Assembly (NCBI GenBank): GCA_026770705.1
Contig: JANJGN010000007.1
Location: forward strand, 168,144,001-168,208,000
Direction: 5' to 3'
Length of the DNA: 64,000 nt
Source: Isurus oxyrinchus
Taxonomy: Eukaryota
Shown here: piece by piece, positions 48,326 through 60,217 of the stretch
Numbering within the stretch: position 1 is the first letter of the stretch
How the letters are laid out: the number at the start of each line of letters is the position of its first letter
Position numbers and translations under genes: made by a program
Notes under the pieces: generated by a model
Told to the model about the DNA's origin: nothing
What the model saw: the letters and a program-made list of their open reading frames with translations, nothing else
Database searches by the model: none

Positions 48326-50989
48326 AGTATTTCTAACACTGTTTTCATTCAAACTTGTGGATATTGCTAAAGGAAATTTGTCATCATGGATCAGAGAAAA
48401 AGGTGTGCTTTACATTTAACAATTGAAAAGAAATCTTAAATGGTACACAGAAATCATGCAAACAAACTTGTATTTGTTTTCAAAAGTTACTTTGCAACTG
48501 GTCATAATGATAGGATTCCTGACTACAGAAATCAGCTCCTGCAGGTACTGCATATTCTATTTTCGTATTCTTTGTGTTCAAATTCCTGGGCAGATATAGC
48601 TCTTGGTGTAGATTGTGCATAGTGTACACACAAGATACTGGCCAACATGCTTAATAATTTCCAGGGTGAATAGCCTGAAGGATGCTTTACATATTATCTT
48701 GTCCCTGAATAATTTAGACCAGGCTTTGAAGGTCTGAGTCTGTTTAAATTGAAATCGCATGTAGGCAAAAACAACTGAATTGGGTTTCCTTCCTAAACTG
48801 TAGCCCCAGAACAGGCTGAAAGATGATTGATCCAAACTGCTTTCCACTTTCATTTACTGAAATAATGTGCAGCACTTTAAGATTGTGATAAGGCAAGTCT
48901 ATTGGAACAGTCACAGTTATTGAGGTGTGATTCGTGCTGAGTCAAATGTCACATTTCACAGTGTGGGATTATCTTGCACAGTTTGGGGACTATATTGGAG
49001 TGTTATCTTATTTTTGTGTTGAGCTACGCTATGGGCACAATAATTATCATTGACATCTACGCCTCTGGATTCTGACCACTAGCTTAATTCATTAATTGAA
49101 GCTTTGCATTCTGGTGGAAAATTCAGGAGCAAATTGCTCAATTTCTGTTCATATCTGTGCATTGACTCATTGCATTGAGGCTTTGTGTGCATTGGTCAGG
49201 AAGCAGCTGGGTGGCGTGGGGATGGCGGAGAGGGATTGAATGTATATCTTAATATCACTGACGCTGTACCAGTTAATCTACATGTTATCTGCAGCCATCT
49301 GGAAAGACAAATTACTCGGGCGAGCAAACTGTTGCTCATCCATTGCTGTAACAGGCCAGTTCACAGGTTATCTGGCCACGGGATCTGCTGTTGAAAGATC
49401 CGCTCCCACGAACACAATATCTTTATACATAATCACAGCCTGCAGGAGACAAAATAATTCAACTGTAAAACAAGATTAACTCACTTAAGCAAGGCACTGA
49501 TCACAGAGCAGAGCCCTGCCATCGTTATCTGTGTAAATGAACACACAGATTTAGGGGCACAGTGGTTCAGGGAATGTCTGTACAGCAAGCACTGTTTTGG
49601 AGTAAAGTAATGGAACCTGATAAGCACACGGCTGTTGTAAGATAGAGATATTACAAAGAAGCTGCATTCATTTCTGCTAGAGCTATGTTTCAGCTATCAT
49701 GTGAAGAGTGATGGCATAATACTGCTCTTGGTACTGATAATCCTTTCTTTTTTATGTTGCTCTCAGCAAATGATCTAATTCGGTTTCCTTGAATACATCT
49801 CTATGAGATCCACCTACACAAGATGATTAACCTTTCTAGGTTCATAGGGGGTGGGGGGGGGGGGGTTACAGAGTACAGTGATCTGTGGTATCGATAGTGC
49901 TTTTGTGGGAGTAGCAAAGGTAGGTTTTTCTTTCCTCTTTAAAGAGGGAAACCACCTGTGCTGCCATTTCATCAGGACTGCGTCATAGTTACAAAGTTAA
50001 TCTGCGCAGGAATGACCCAACACACCTCCATATCATGTACCACATTTACCAATCAGATGGTAGAGGTTTCACATTTAATGACATTTTCAGAGAGAAATAG
50101 TGGGCTGTCTTCTCCCAGCTGACGAATCTGATAAGACAGAAAGTATGAAATAATGTACCCATTTAACCAGGTTTGAAACTGTGGTCAACTTCTAGATCAC
50201 TTTCCATATTGGCTGAGCTACACCAAGGTAAGTAAAAGTGCTAAAGATAATGCAATATTTAAGTATGTTGATATTGAACCATAGAATTTCAGAGCACGGA
50301 AAGAGGCTATTTAATTAATCGGTTGGCTTTCTGAAAGAACTATCATGCTGACCTTTCCCTGGGCACTTTTTTTTCCATATCTTTCTCTCTCAAACCAATT
50401 ACAGATTCTACTTCCACCATTTTTTGTGGGGCTTCAACATTCCAATAACTCTCTGGCAAAAAGAATTTTGTCAACCTCTACCTTAGTTTTGTCAATGACC
50501 ATTTTAAATTTGGGCCCTCTGATTATCAAATCACCAGTCAGTAGAAATAGTTTTTCTTATGCTTGTGTTAAAATCATACCGTCAAACAGGGTTTGATTTC
50601 ATATTCTTTTGTTTAAAAAGAGCTGTTTAACAACATCATAATTCTCAAAAAAGCATTTGTAAAGTTTTTGTTTCTCCCCTCTTCCTTTTCTCTCATTGTT
50701 TTGCTGCTCCTAGGTCAAAAGAGATAGAGTGGATGTGCCTCTAATATTTTCCTTCTCTGATTCCTTATAGAGTATAGCTGAGTTGAGTAACTGACTGGAT
50801 CTTGAGTCTTAACTATAAGCCTTCCTTCTGCAATGAAAAAAGCAGCTGGACTGTTATAGAGATTAATAGGTACCTGGCATAGTTTTACAAGGAACATCTG
50901 AAGGGCTCAGCCGATCAGCTAACATGTGAGGATAAAGTTGCAGCAGTTAATAATTTTCCTGAGATTAAGCTATTGTTTCAAAATCATCC

Positions 50990-51180
50990 GGTGACTTGAG
51001 CACATTATCAGGGCTGTTGCTTCAATATAGAACTAAGGGACTGCTGCCATTGTCGGAGGTGCCTCTCTTTAGATGAAATGTTAAACCCCATATCTGCCAC
51101 TGATGATTCAGGATGACATTGAAGATCACGTGGTGTTATTTGAAGGAAAACAAGGAGTTTTCTCAGCATACTGCTCAAAA
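50990..51180 (+). mobile_element. Deu-domain SINE fragment
   Basis: GACTTGAGCACAT..CATTGTCGGAGGTGCC..TAGATGAAATGTTAAACC..GAAGATCAC. Confidence 0.7.
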
Positions 51181-51839
51181 CTCTCTTGGTTGGATTTCCG
51201 AGGAGTCACGGGGGTGTTTCCCAGAGTATCAATTTTGCTTTAAAATGACAAATCATTGCATGAATTATGGGGGCAATGGCACTCTTGTTATCCATCTGGG
51301 GTTGCTGGTTTGGATGTGAGCAGTGAGTGGCCACAAAATTGGGCTCCGTAACATTTGTAGTTTTGGTGTTGGGGCTGTCATTTGAGTCTGAAAATGGCGT
51401 TCATGTCATGCGCAATTTCTGGTGTGGCACTGTTGAATGCCATCTTAGTGAGAACATTAAGACGAGCATTAGGAGCATGCATTGGAAGTATGCAAAGTAG
51501 GCAGAATGTGACATCAGTGAGCATGTAACATTGATTTCATGCTAGTGCTGCCATTTTGACCTTGTAGCTCCAGCTAACACCCTCTCTTAACTTGGCACAG
51601 CTGCACATGTGCTCAGCAGCAGGAAGGACCACCCCACCAGCACTGTTTAAAGGGATCATCGACAACTGTCAGGCAGGTTGATGATTTCCTTCTATAATCT
51701 CTATTTGAGATTATAGAAGTGCTTGTTAAGGTTTGCAGAGTTGGTTAAAGTTAGTAAATTTGTCTGGCAGTGGTATTGCACGTGGTGAAGGCCTTGGTTC
51801 TGACTTCAAGGATTCTGGTCAGACCACTTTCCCTCGATC

Positions 51840-52860
51840 ATGGATACCTTAGTCATCAGCCCCCTAGGGCTGCGGTATGAGAGTGAGATGGAGCAGAGGC
51901 AACAAAGAAGAAGGCAGGCTGCTTATAGAAGGGAGTGGTGGAGGGCCCTCAGCAGGAGGACTTGGGCCTTTTGGGAGCTTTTCTGTTACCTCCATCTAAA
52001 CCAAGACAGCATGTTCATTGTCTGCAATTTACAAAAGGGCTTAGAGAGCTCTGCCATCTCTTGGAAGCAGAGCTGCAACCTCAGAGCAGCATGAGTATGG
52101 AACTGCCAATGGCTGTGAAGATGACCATGGCTTTAAATTTTTTTCACATTGGCATCTTTCCAGGCTGGAGAAAGTGACATTTGTAACATCTCTCAGTTTG
52201 CCATCACTGCTGCATCAGAGAGGTGACAGACTCTTTTTTTTATGCCAGATGAAGGGCTGATTGGTGTTCTTTCTGAACAGAGAGAAGCAGATGGAACATA
52301 CATGTGGCTTTGTCAAGATAGTCAGCTTCTCCAAGGTACAACGAGTGATCACCTGCACAGAATGTGGGTGCTGCATCTCAATGCTGAGATGTATCGTAAC
52401 CACAGAGGTTACTCACTGAATATGTAGTTGGTGTGCGACCATGCTCAGTACATCCTGGCAGCAGTCATGATACTTTCATTCTGCACCAGCGTGCCATTCC
52501 CTCACTATTTGAACTATCATGTCAAACCAGAGGGTGGCTTCTGGGTAAACAAGGCCTTAACATCTGGCTCATGACTCCACTCCACAACCCAACAAGACAT
52601 GGCTGGCATGCATACAATGCGAGCCATGCTGCCACACAAAAAAATCATAGAGCAAACTACTGGGGTGCTGGAACAATGATTTCACTGCCTGGGCCATGTT
52701 GCAAGAGCTCTGTAGTACTTTTCCAGGGCATGTGTTCTGAGTTCTGGTGATTATGTAGCCTCTGTAACCTAGCCATCATGAGGGCACAGTCTTTGCTGCC
52801 AGGGTTCCGCCGAGCAGCTCAGGACAGAAGGAGGAGGAGGAGGAGGAAGGGAGGGGGCAA
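51840..52860 (+). pseudogene. Harbinger transposase (HARBI1-like, DDE_Tnp_4), disrupted
   Basis: Pieced translation: CLQFTKGLRELCHLLEAELQPQS..LPMAVKMTMALNFF / SFQAGESDICNISQFAI / CCIREVTD / GFVKIVSFSKVQRVITCT / YRNHRGYSLNM*LVCDH / PGSSHDTFIL / GWLLG / WLMTPLHNP..AYNASHAAT. Many frameshifts. Confidence 0.9.
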
Positions 52861-53122
52861 CCAGCACATTCACTTTCCAGCTCGGCTGTCCATGATTGCC
52901 TCATTCATCTACAGTTCCACTAAACACAACTCCAAATCTCGGTGGTGCAACAATCACACACTTTATCATCTCTTAATTATAAACCATTACATCGTCCTCT
53001 TGGCTTCAATGCTGAAAGAAAAACCATCACAGAAAAACCATTGCAAACCAGCTTTTTACAGTATACCACCCGATATTCCATACAAAAATCAACTAATTAC
53101 CTTGGTACATTTCCTTAGTGTC

Positions 53123-54561
53123 TCATTTACTGATGTCTTTGCCTGGCATATTGCTCCTATGCAGTGTTACCCCAGTGGCTGCTGCATGGCTGATGAAAGG
53201 CTGCTGATTTTCAATGGAGGCACTGCAGGTGGCTTTGCAGGGAAACCCTCTAGCAGTTTTGTGCCTTGAGGGCCCAACTTCAGACTGCATCACCTTGGCC
53301 TGTGGCAAGTTGGAACCAAACTGCTTTTGTCTCCTTAACAATGACAGCAGGCTGTCTGGCAAACCTGCCAATATACCAAAAATTTCTGTGTGAATGTCGA
53401 TCAGAATTTGTCTGTAGGCCACCTACCACCACGCTCACCCCTGCACCACCCCCCAACTCACCCCCATAGAAGTTCTCATGTATCCTCTGCAGCACAACTC
53501 ATGTGCGACCTCACCCTCCAGGGAGCTAGCACCTATCTTATCTTTTCCCTGACCTGCCTGCACCACTCGTACCCAGTGATCCACCACGTGCCGATTCCAC
53601 CTTTGTGCTTCCCTCAAAAGTATGTGGTATTGGAGCTCGTGGCTTCAGGTGTAGATTGAGTTATGGTATTTCTTCTTCTTTAGTCTCTTGCTCTTCTTGC
53701 ACTCCATGGTCCTGCACCAGGGCTTGACCAGTTGGGAGTTCTTGGATATCTGAAAGGATACAGACACAAGGAAAGGGTTAGGGTGAGGAAAGGGGGAACG
53801 GGAGAAGCAAGAGGTTCATTGTAACACCATCTGAAGCTTGTAAATCAGAAGAGATTGTGAGATGAGAGGATGTGGGATGTAAGAAGGTTCATTAGGAGGG
53901 AACGTAATGTAATCTTTTATGGTTTCAGCTTGCCACTCGCCTCAGGCTCAGTCATGGGTGTTTCAATAATGGCCAGCACTTTCTCTTCCCTGGAAGCGAG
54001 GCCATAGAGCCATGCCTGCCCCCTGCAATTTAGGTGTTGTGGGTTATTGTGGGCCACCTTGTCCTACAAGATAGTGGGAAATGTGTTGCTGAGTGTGGTG
54101 CAATGTGTTTGGGTGCAATACCTGTCATGGTTAAACAGTGCAAAAGCTGTGAAATGTGAGTGAGAGGCTTCTAAATACGTGAGAGTGAGGTGAAGTTAAG
54201 AATGCTATGCATGAATTGTGCTTGAGAGAGATTGTTGGTAGCTGACTGAAGGGGGTTTGCTGAATGGAACAGTGTATGAGGCTAGTGGCTCATTTTGAAT
54301 GATTTGAAGATGTATTCTCCGATCTTGACCACTCATGTGAGGTCGTCGATCTTTTTGTAGCACAGTTTCCAGGTCCTCGGAGCTAGACCACTGGCATTGA
54401 CCATGACACCAATTTCTCCTGTTGCCTTTGTAGTGTATATCTGGAGGGCCTTCAGGCACCTGAGGGAAATGGAGCTCTCTCCTCCTTTTCACCTTGTGTA
54501 CCAAGGCCTCCAATGCAGCAAATGAGAATGTCAGAATAAGCTCTCCAGCCTTTTACATCAT
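53123..54561 (-). pseudogene. Harbinger Myb/SANT-like DNA-binding partner gene, three exons, disrupted
   Basis: Exon 1: FSFAALEALVHKVKRRRELHFPQ / RPSRYTLQRQ / VNASGLAPRTWKLCYKKIDDLT*VVK. Exon 2 follows a TTGTAG acceptor (54063): DKVAHN..EEKVLAII. Exon 3 follows a CCTTTCAG acceptor (53749): acidic IQELPTGQ..EEQETKEEE. Confidence 0.8.
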
Positions 54562-55008
54562 TTCCGCTCCTCTCTCTGCTGTGAGAGTCTTCTAAAAATA
54601 GCCAACACTTGCCACACCTTTATGACGTGTAGTTTGGCTTTAAGTGATGCTAGTCTCACACAAAATTAGGCCCCCTGCTGAGGCATGTAGCCACTCTGCA
54701 GCGCACTTAGCAGTGGGCTGCATGCCACTATCATTTAAAATAGCCATCAGTATGAAGTTTGTGTGCCGTCAGCCTCACTATGAACAGGTGAGGCTGACTG
54801 CGCATCCTGACCCCTGCTCTCATTTTCTGCCCCAATTTTTCCTGCAGTATTCCCAATTGCCTGCAGCCACACTCCATTTCCCAGGCAGGTCATAGTGCAC
54901 TGACAGACTCTTTCAGGTCCTTATCATGAGAGTCTACAATAAAAGAAAATCACAGCCTTCTGGATTAAAGGCTAGATTCTGTGATTCTATTTTCAAATAA
55001 AATACTGT

Positions 55009-55697
55009 GGCCTGAATTTTGTACTTGTTGGCCACGCGATTGGCAGGCCCGGGAGCAGACGGGAAATGGGCCCCAGACCACAATCAGCCCCTAACCGCGA
55101 TTTCACATTGGCTGCCCAATTAATGGCCAACCAGCGTGAAACGCTCCCCGAGAAAGGCTCAGCACTGCTGGTGGGGGGCAGGAAGTGGGTGGGCACCAGT
55201 GTCATCGCAGGTGCTAGTGAGCACTTCTACTGCGCTCCCTGAAGGCAGACAGCTGCCTCAGGGTGCTGCAGACCCCCAGATAATAAACGAAAGAACAAAA
55301 ATGCTGCAAAAAATGTCCATGCGGCACAATCAAGCTCCTGAAAGCATACCTCATGAAAACACTGTCCCCAGATTTTTCTTTTTATTTTATACCCTAACGG
55401 AGATTTCATCCTGCCCTTGGATGAGGTTTCATTAAAAATGTAAAGTCCACCTGGCCGATTGGCCCGTCCACCAACCATAAGGCTGGACGGGCCACGAAAA
55501 ATCGCTTACAATTGGGCCATTAATGAGCTTAATTGCCTGCTTAATTGTCAGCGGGCGCTCTTCAGACTTTTGCGTGCGCCCACCAAGTGAAATGTCGCAC
55601 GAGTGTGCGATGATATCAGGGCACTCGCCTGATATCATCTTGTCTACGCCCATTTGGATCCGGTGTGCGCCCACCCGCGGAATGTAAACTTCTGCCC
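55009..55697. mobile_element. Harbinger-type MITE (about 689 bp), CpG-rich and probably younger
   Basis: Left end GGCCTGAATTTT versus reverse complement of the right end GGGCAGAAGTTT. The 3-bp TSD TGT is on both sides. Confidence 0.85.
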
Positions 55698-56981
55698 TGT
55701 GTTCTGATGAGCAATGCAAATGTGGTTCTTTTGGAATCATGAAATGAAATTACAGATAAAGCCAATTACTCTTTTAAATATGACACTTTAGTGACATTTA
55801 TAATACAACCGTTAAGATACATTTTTTAATAGTTGGAATGAGTCATATGTTATAAGTTGGCATACGAGTCATGTTCGCACCAAATTTGCCAAACTGAGCA
55901 GAACATGGACTTGAAGCAGTGTAGTGTTATGACCAGATGAGGTAGGATGGACGGGATTTCCTCTTTTCCCACTCCCCGTTTGATTATAGCGGAGAGAATT
56001 TCAATTTCTTGCTGCAGGATATTGGCCATTGCTGCAATTGGGATAACAGCAGCACATTGCTGTAATGAGGAGAAACGCTGTTCCAGCAATAATGGCTTTT
56101 GGCATCACCATTATAGCAAGCTCATGACGTAAATTTTTTTTTTGGTTGACAAGACTTTTATGCACTTAGAAAAAAACTAAAAAAAAAATAACACCTGGCA
56201 TCAAAAATGAACCATTTCGTAAGTTACAATATTGGTCAGATTTTTAAAAAATTGTGGTGTTAGTATCATTTAGAAAAGGTCTCATGTCTTTAAACACTGG
56301 GGTGATGCCAGTGCACCTATCTTTCAATGCCACTGTATCTATTTCCTATATTACAGTAGTGTCTCAACATTAGAAATGCTTCATTAATAGTAAAGTATTT
56401 TGGGACATCCTGAGGTGGTGAAAGGCTCTATGTAAATGCAAATCTTTTATTTGCATCAGAACTTTACTTAGGAAGTTCATTTCCATTACTTATTTGTGGT
56501 AATTTGTATAACCATCTGCTGAATTCCACCAGAACTATAAAAGAACAGCATAAGAAAATATACTTAACACACCTCATAAATCAGGAATACACAGTAAGTA
56601 TTATGCATGTTATATTTCCTAAAGCCTTTTTCAAGCTGGCCGAGGTGATCATAAAAAATATGTAGAATAAAAAAGGAAATTTGCAATGCCTCATTGAACA
56701 TTGCAATGCTTTGCTTCAATAACTATGATCAGTTGTGGAGTGAGAGAGGGGAAGTGAGATGTTTCCCTACACTGAAGAAGGAAAAGTTAGCATGGCTAAG
56801 TTTGTCAGGGCCCTTCTTACCCAGCTCCTAGCTTTGGGATCTTTGGAGGTTTGGGTGAGCTCCCCCACACCCATCTTGTGGTAGAGAAATGGTACACAAG
56901 GTGAAATGAGACCTTAAAAGTGGATTGGAACATTTCTTTTGTTAAGGTGAAGAGGAACAAAGAAAGCACAAAGACTTGAAC

Positions 56982-57670
56982 CTGAAATAAAGACACATAA
57001 TGCTAGAAACACTCAGCAAGTCTAGCGGCATCCGCGGAGAGAGAAGCAGGGTTAACATTTCAGGTCTGTGACCTTTCATTAGAACTGAGAAACGTTAGAA
57101 ATGTAAGAGGCTTTGAGTATCCAAATGTAGTGGAGGGTAGAAGAAGAACAACAGGGAAGATGTGTGCTAGGATAGAGGCAGGACAGATTAAGACAGAAGG
57201 CTTCATGGTGTAAAACCAAAGGGATTGATCATTGGACAAGTAAGGAACCAAAAGATGTGTTTAGAGGAGGTGTGAATGGCCGGAAAGCAGTCATCTGAGC
57301 ATGAAGTAAAGGAATAAAGAAAGAAGCAAGAGAAAAGTAAATGAACCGCACAAAAAAAGAAAATGAAACAGAGGTTAGGATCTAAAATTGTTGAGCCGAG
57401 AAGGCTTAAAGTGTCCATTCGAAAAATGAGGTGCTGTTCCTGAGCTTGTGTTGAGCTTCACTGGAACAGCAATAGGCCAAGGATAGCGAGGTCAATGGAA
57501 GCAAAGTAGAGACTTAAAATAACAGGTGACAGGAAGCTCAGGGTCATTCTTGTGGATTGAACAGAGGTGTTCCACAAAGAGGTCACCCATTTGGGTTTGG
57601 TCTCCCTGATGTAGAGGAGACCACATCATGACCAGTGAATACCGTATGCTAAATTGGAAGAAGTACAAGT
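56982..57670 (-). mobile_element. 5'-truncated Penelope-like element: GIY-YIG endonuclease end plus pLTR
   Basis: The minus strand gives TCTSSNLAYGIHWS*CGLLYIRETK / GDLFVEHLCSIHKNDPELPVTCYF / EQHLIFRMDTL. There is a hammerhead-like AGTT-CTAATGA-AAGGTCACAGACCT-GAAA-TGTTAAC at 57051-57086. The 11-bp direct repeat AAGACTTGAAC is at 56971 and 57671. Confidence 0.9.
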
Positions 57671-59399
57671 AAGACTTGAACTCGGTTTATCAGTTTAGGA
57701 AGCATTCCATGAATATTGCTTGTATGTTCAAAATAAATTAAATATGCTCCAGTGCTTGCAATTTGCTGAAATAACACTTGACTTAAAGTGAGTGTCACTA
57801 ATGGAAACACAGACTGTGTTTATATTTAAAAAGCTCACTAAGCAATGCTGCTCAGGAAAAATGAAAGAATGTTGTGATCAGTTAATGAGATTGTTGATAA
57901 GTTAAGCCCCAAGTCTCAATCTCAGGTAAACCAAGTGAATTTTTTGGCGATGTAGACAGAATTCTTAGACCAAACAGCAGGGACGAGTAATTTGTTCTCT
58001 TCCCTTCTGAAGAATAAAGTGATCTTTAATTATTTCATGGTTGCTTAGTTTTTATAGTGCATTCCCACCCTCCAACCCGTCATTTGCCCTGGCTGAGGAT
58101 GGACAGGTGATTAATTGTAGGTATTGCTCCTGCTAAGAAGCATCACAGCTAGCTCGCCTTCCCACAATGTTTTTACAGAACCTCCTGCTGGGCGCTGACT
58201 ACGTGGCCAAGATTGGGAACTTTTCATGGGATGCACATGTTCACCCCTGCATCCTAACCTTGTACGCCATCTGGGCCAGCACAATATGTAGTGATGTCAG
58301 GTTGAAGCAACATTGCTTCTTGAGTGCCTCCTGTTTTAACTTCTGAAATTTAACACTGTGGATATCAGGGCTTTCATCAGTGCAGCCATTAGACTAAGCA
58401 TGTAATTATTTCCAGTCAAAGTAGCACAAGGTAAATGATCCTCCAGCCATGTTGGCAGCCCTGTCGAGTATTTTTTTTGCAGCATACAAGGATGCAATTG
58501 TAGAAATAGGAAGCGATTAACAACTATTTTGCAAAGACTTTGGCTCTTATGTGGGAACCAGGCAGCTTTACTGTAGTTCAATACCTCAGTGCAGTTCAGT
58601 ATATCACATCAGACATGGTATGATTTAATATGGTAAATTTCTGGAAACGTCTCATTTTGCTTCCTTTGGTTTTATTAAGTACTTGTTTGATACATATAGC
58701 ACAGTCCCCTAAACTGCACTGAAATGAACCCTGGACTTCAAAACTTAAGAAACAACATTCACTGATGTGTAATCCAGTGAGTGAGAGAATTGAACAGGAT
58801 ATAGTTATTTTTGCATAGGTACGAGGAACTTAAATCAGAGTTGTACCACAGTAAATTCCAAAAAAAGTCGCACCCAATGTGTTTTTTTCAGTCATGCTAT
58901 TGAGTGCCATGAAAAGTTCTCAGAACTTCCTAAAGATATTGCTATTTTCTTTTTATTACTGACTTTCGAAATTAGGCACAGTAGTGGAATTACTTTACTC
59001 TGCAATAGAAAGGCAAGAAGACCATCTTGAATTATTTGGCAGGAGAGAAAAAACTGCAACAATAATTCCATGGAGAATATATGTTTCTTAACAAGTGCCT
59101 GAACGTTTGCAACTTCCCTCTTTAGAAGTAAGAGATTAACGAAAAACGCAGCAGTAATTCTCTGTTGAAACCCTTGTTGATAAAATCTCGGGTGTCAGAA
59201 TGCCGATATGGCCCTCAATTAACATATGTGACTTTTAAAATGTACTAATGGCCTCCAATGCAAACTTTTTTTTAATCCCCACATAATCATCAAAATTGGT
59301 TGTAAAACCTGATTTGTGCCACCCTATGAAGCCATACTCTTAATATGGTGCCATATTTCAAACAGTGTTGCACTATCTGTTTTTGGTGCATGGCAAAAT

Positions 59400-59620
59400 G
59401 GAAGTCGTGATTCAAATGTGGAATTTGCTACCACAAGAAGTAATTGAGATGAAAAGTATGGATGAAATTAAGGGGAAGCTAGAGTAACACATGGGATAGA
59501 AAGGAATAGAAGATTACGCTGACAGAGTAAGATATGTAGAGGGATGGGAGGAGGCTTAGGTGGTGCTTAAACACCGACATGGAACTGTTGGGCCAAATGA
59601 CCTGTTTCTGTGCTGTAAAT
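59400..59620 (+). mobile_element. CR1 3' end
   Basis: ATGTGGAATTTGCTACCACAAGAAG..AAGGGGAAGCTAGA..TGTTGGGCCAAATGACCTGTTTCTGTGCTGTAAAT. Confidence 0.75.
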
Positions 59621-59697
59621 TTGCATTTGTATTCTCAAATACCCTTAGAAAAAGAAAGCCAGAAGGCGAGAATTACTCTCAATATTCACCCAATATT

Positions 59698-60217
59698 AGC
59701 AACTATTTATATAGCACTTTTAATGTTATAAAATGTCCCAAGGCACTCCACAGATTGTTATAAAGTAACACAAAAACAGAATTACCTGGAAAAACTCAGC
59801 AAGTCTGGCAGCATTGGCGGAGAAGAAAAGAAACATTTATGTAGTTTATAAACATTTATAAAGTAACATTTGACATTGAGACACGGGATTACATTAGGAC
59901 AGATGGCCAAATGTTTCATCAAAAAGGTAAGTTTTAAGGAGCATCTTAAAGGAAGGAAGAGATATGGAGAGGACTGGAAGGGAATTTCAGAGTTTAGGGC
60001 CTAGACATCTGAAGGCACGGCCATCAGTGGTGGAGCAATTGAAATCAGGGATGCACAAGAGACCAGAATTAGAGCACACATGTCTAGGAACAGGGCTGGA
60101 GGAGGTTAAAAAGATAGGGTGGAGTGTGGCCTGGAGGGGTTTGAAAACATACTTGAGAATTTTAAAATTGAGGTGGTGCTTGACTGGGAGCAAATGTAGG
60201 TCTGTGAGCAATGGCAT
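59698..60217 (-). mobile_element. L2-clade LINE 3' end containing a short Penelope-derived insert (59771-59855)
   Basis: ORF 59987-60217 (PLLTDLHLLPVKHHLNFKILKYVFK..SNSGLLCIPDFNCSTTDGRAFRCLGPKL) matches the L2 ORF2 C-terminus. Confidence 0.9.

Larger units (their letters stand above)
51329..54845. mobile_element. Full-length decayed PIF/Harbinger DNA transposon (about 3.5 kb)
   Basis: Left end GGCCACAAAATTGGG versus reverse complement of the right end GCAGGAAAAATTGGG. AGT is duplicated at 51326-51328 and 54846-54848. Two convergent genes lie inside. Confidence 0.85.

Noticed and set aside
51840-52860. Host HARBI1 gene
   Set aside because: Heavily frameshifted and enclosed by TIRs and a TSD together with a Myb partner, so it is a transposon copy.
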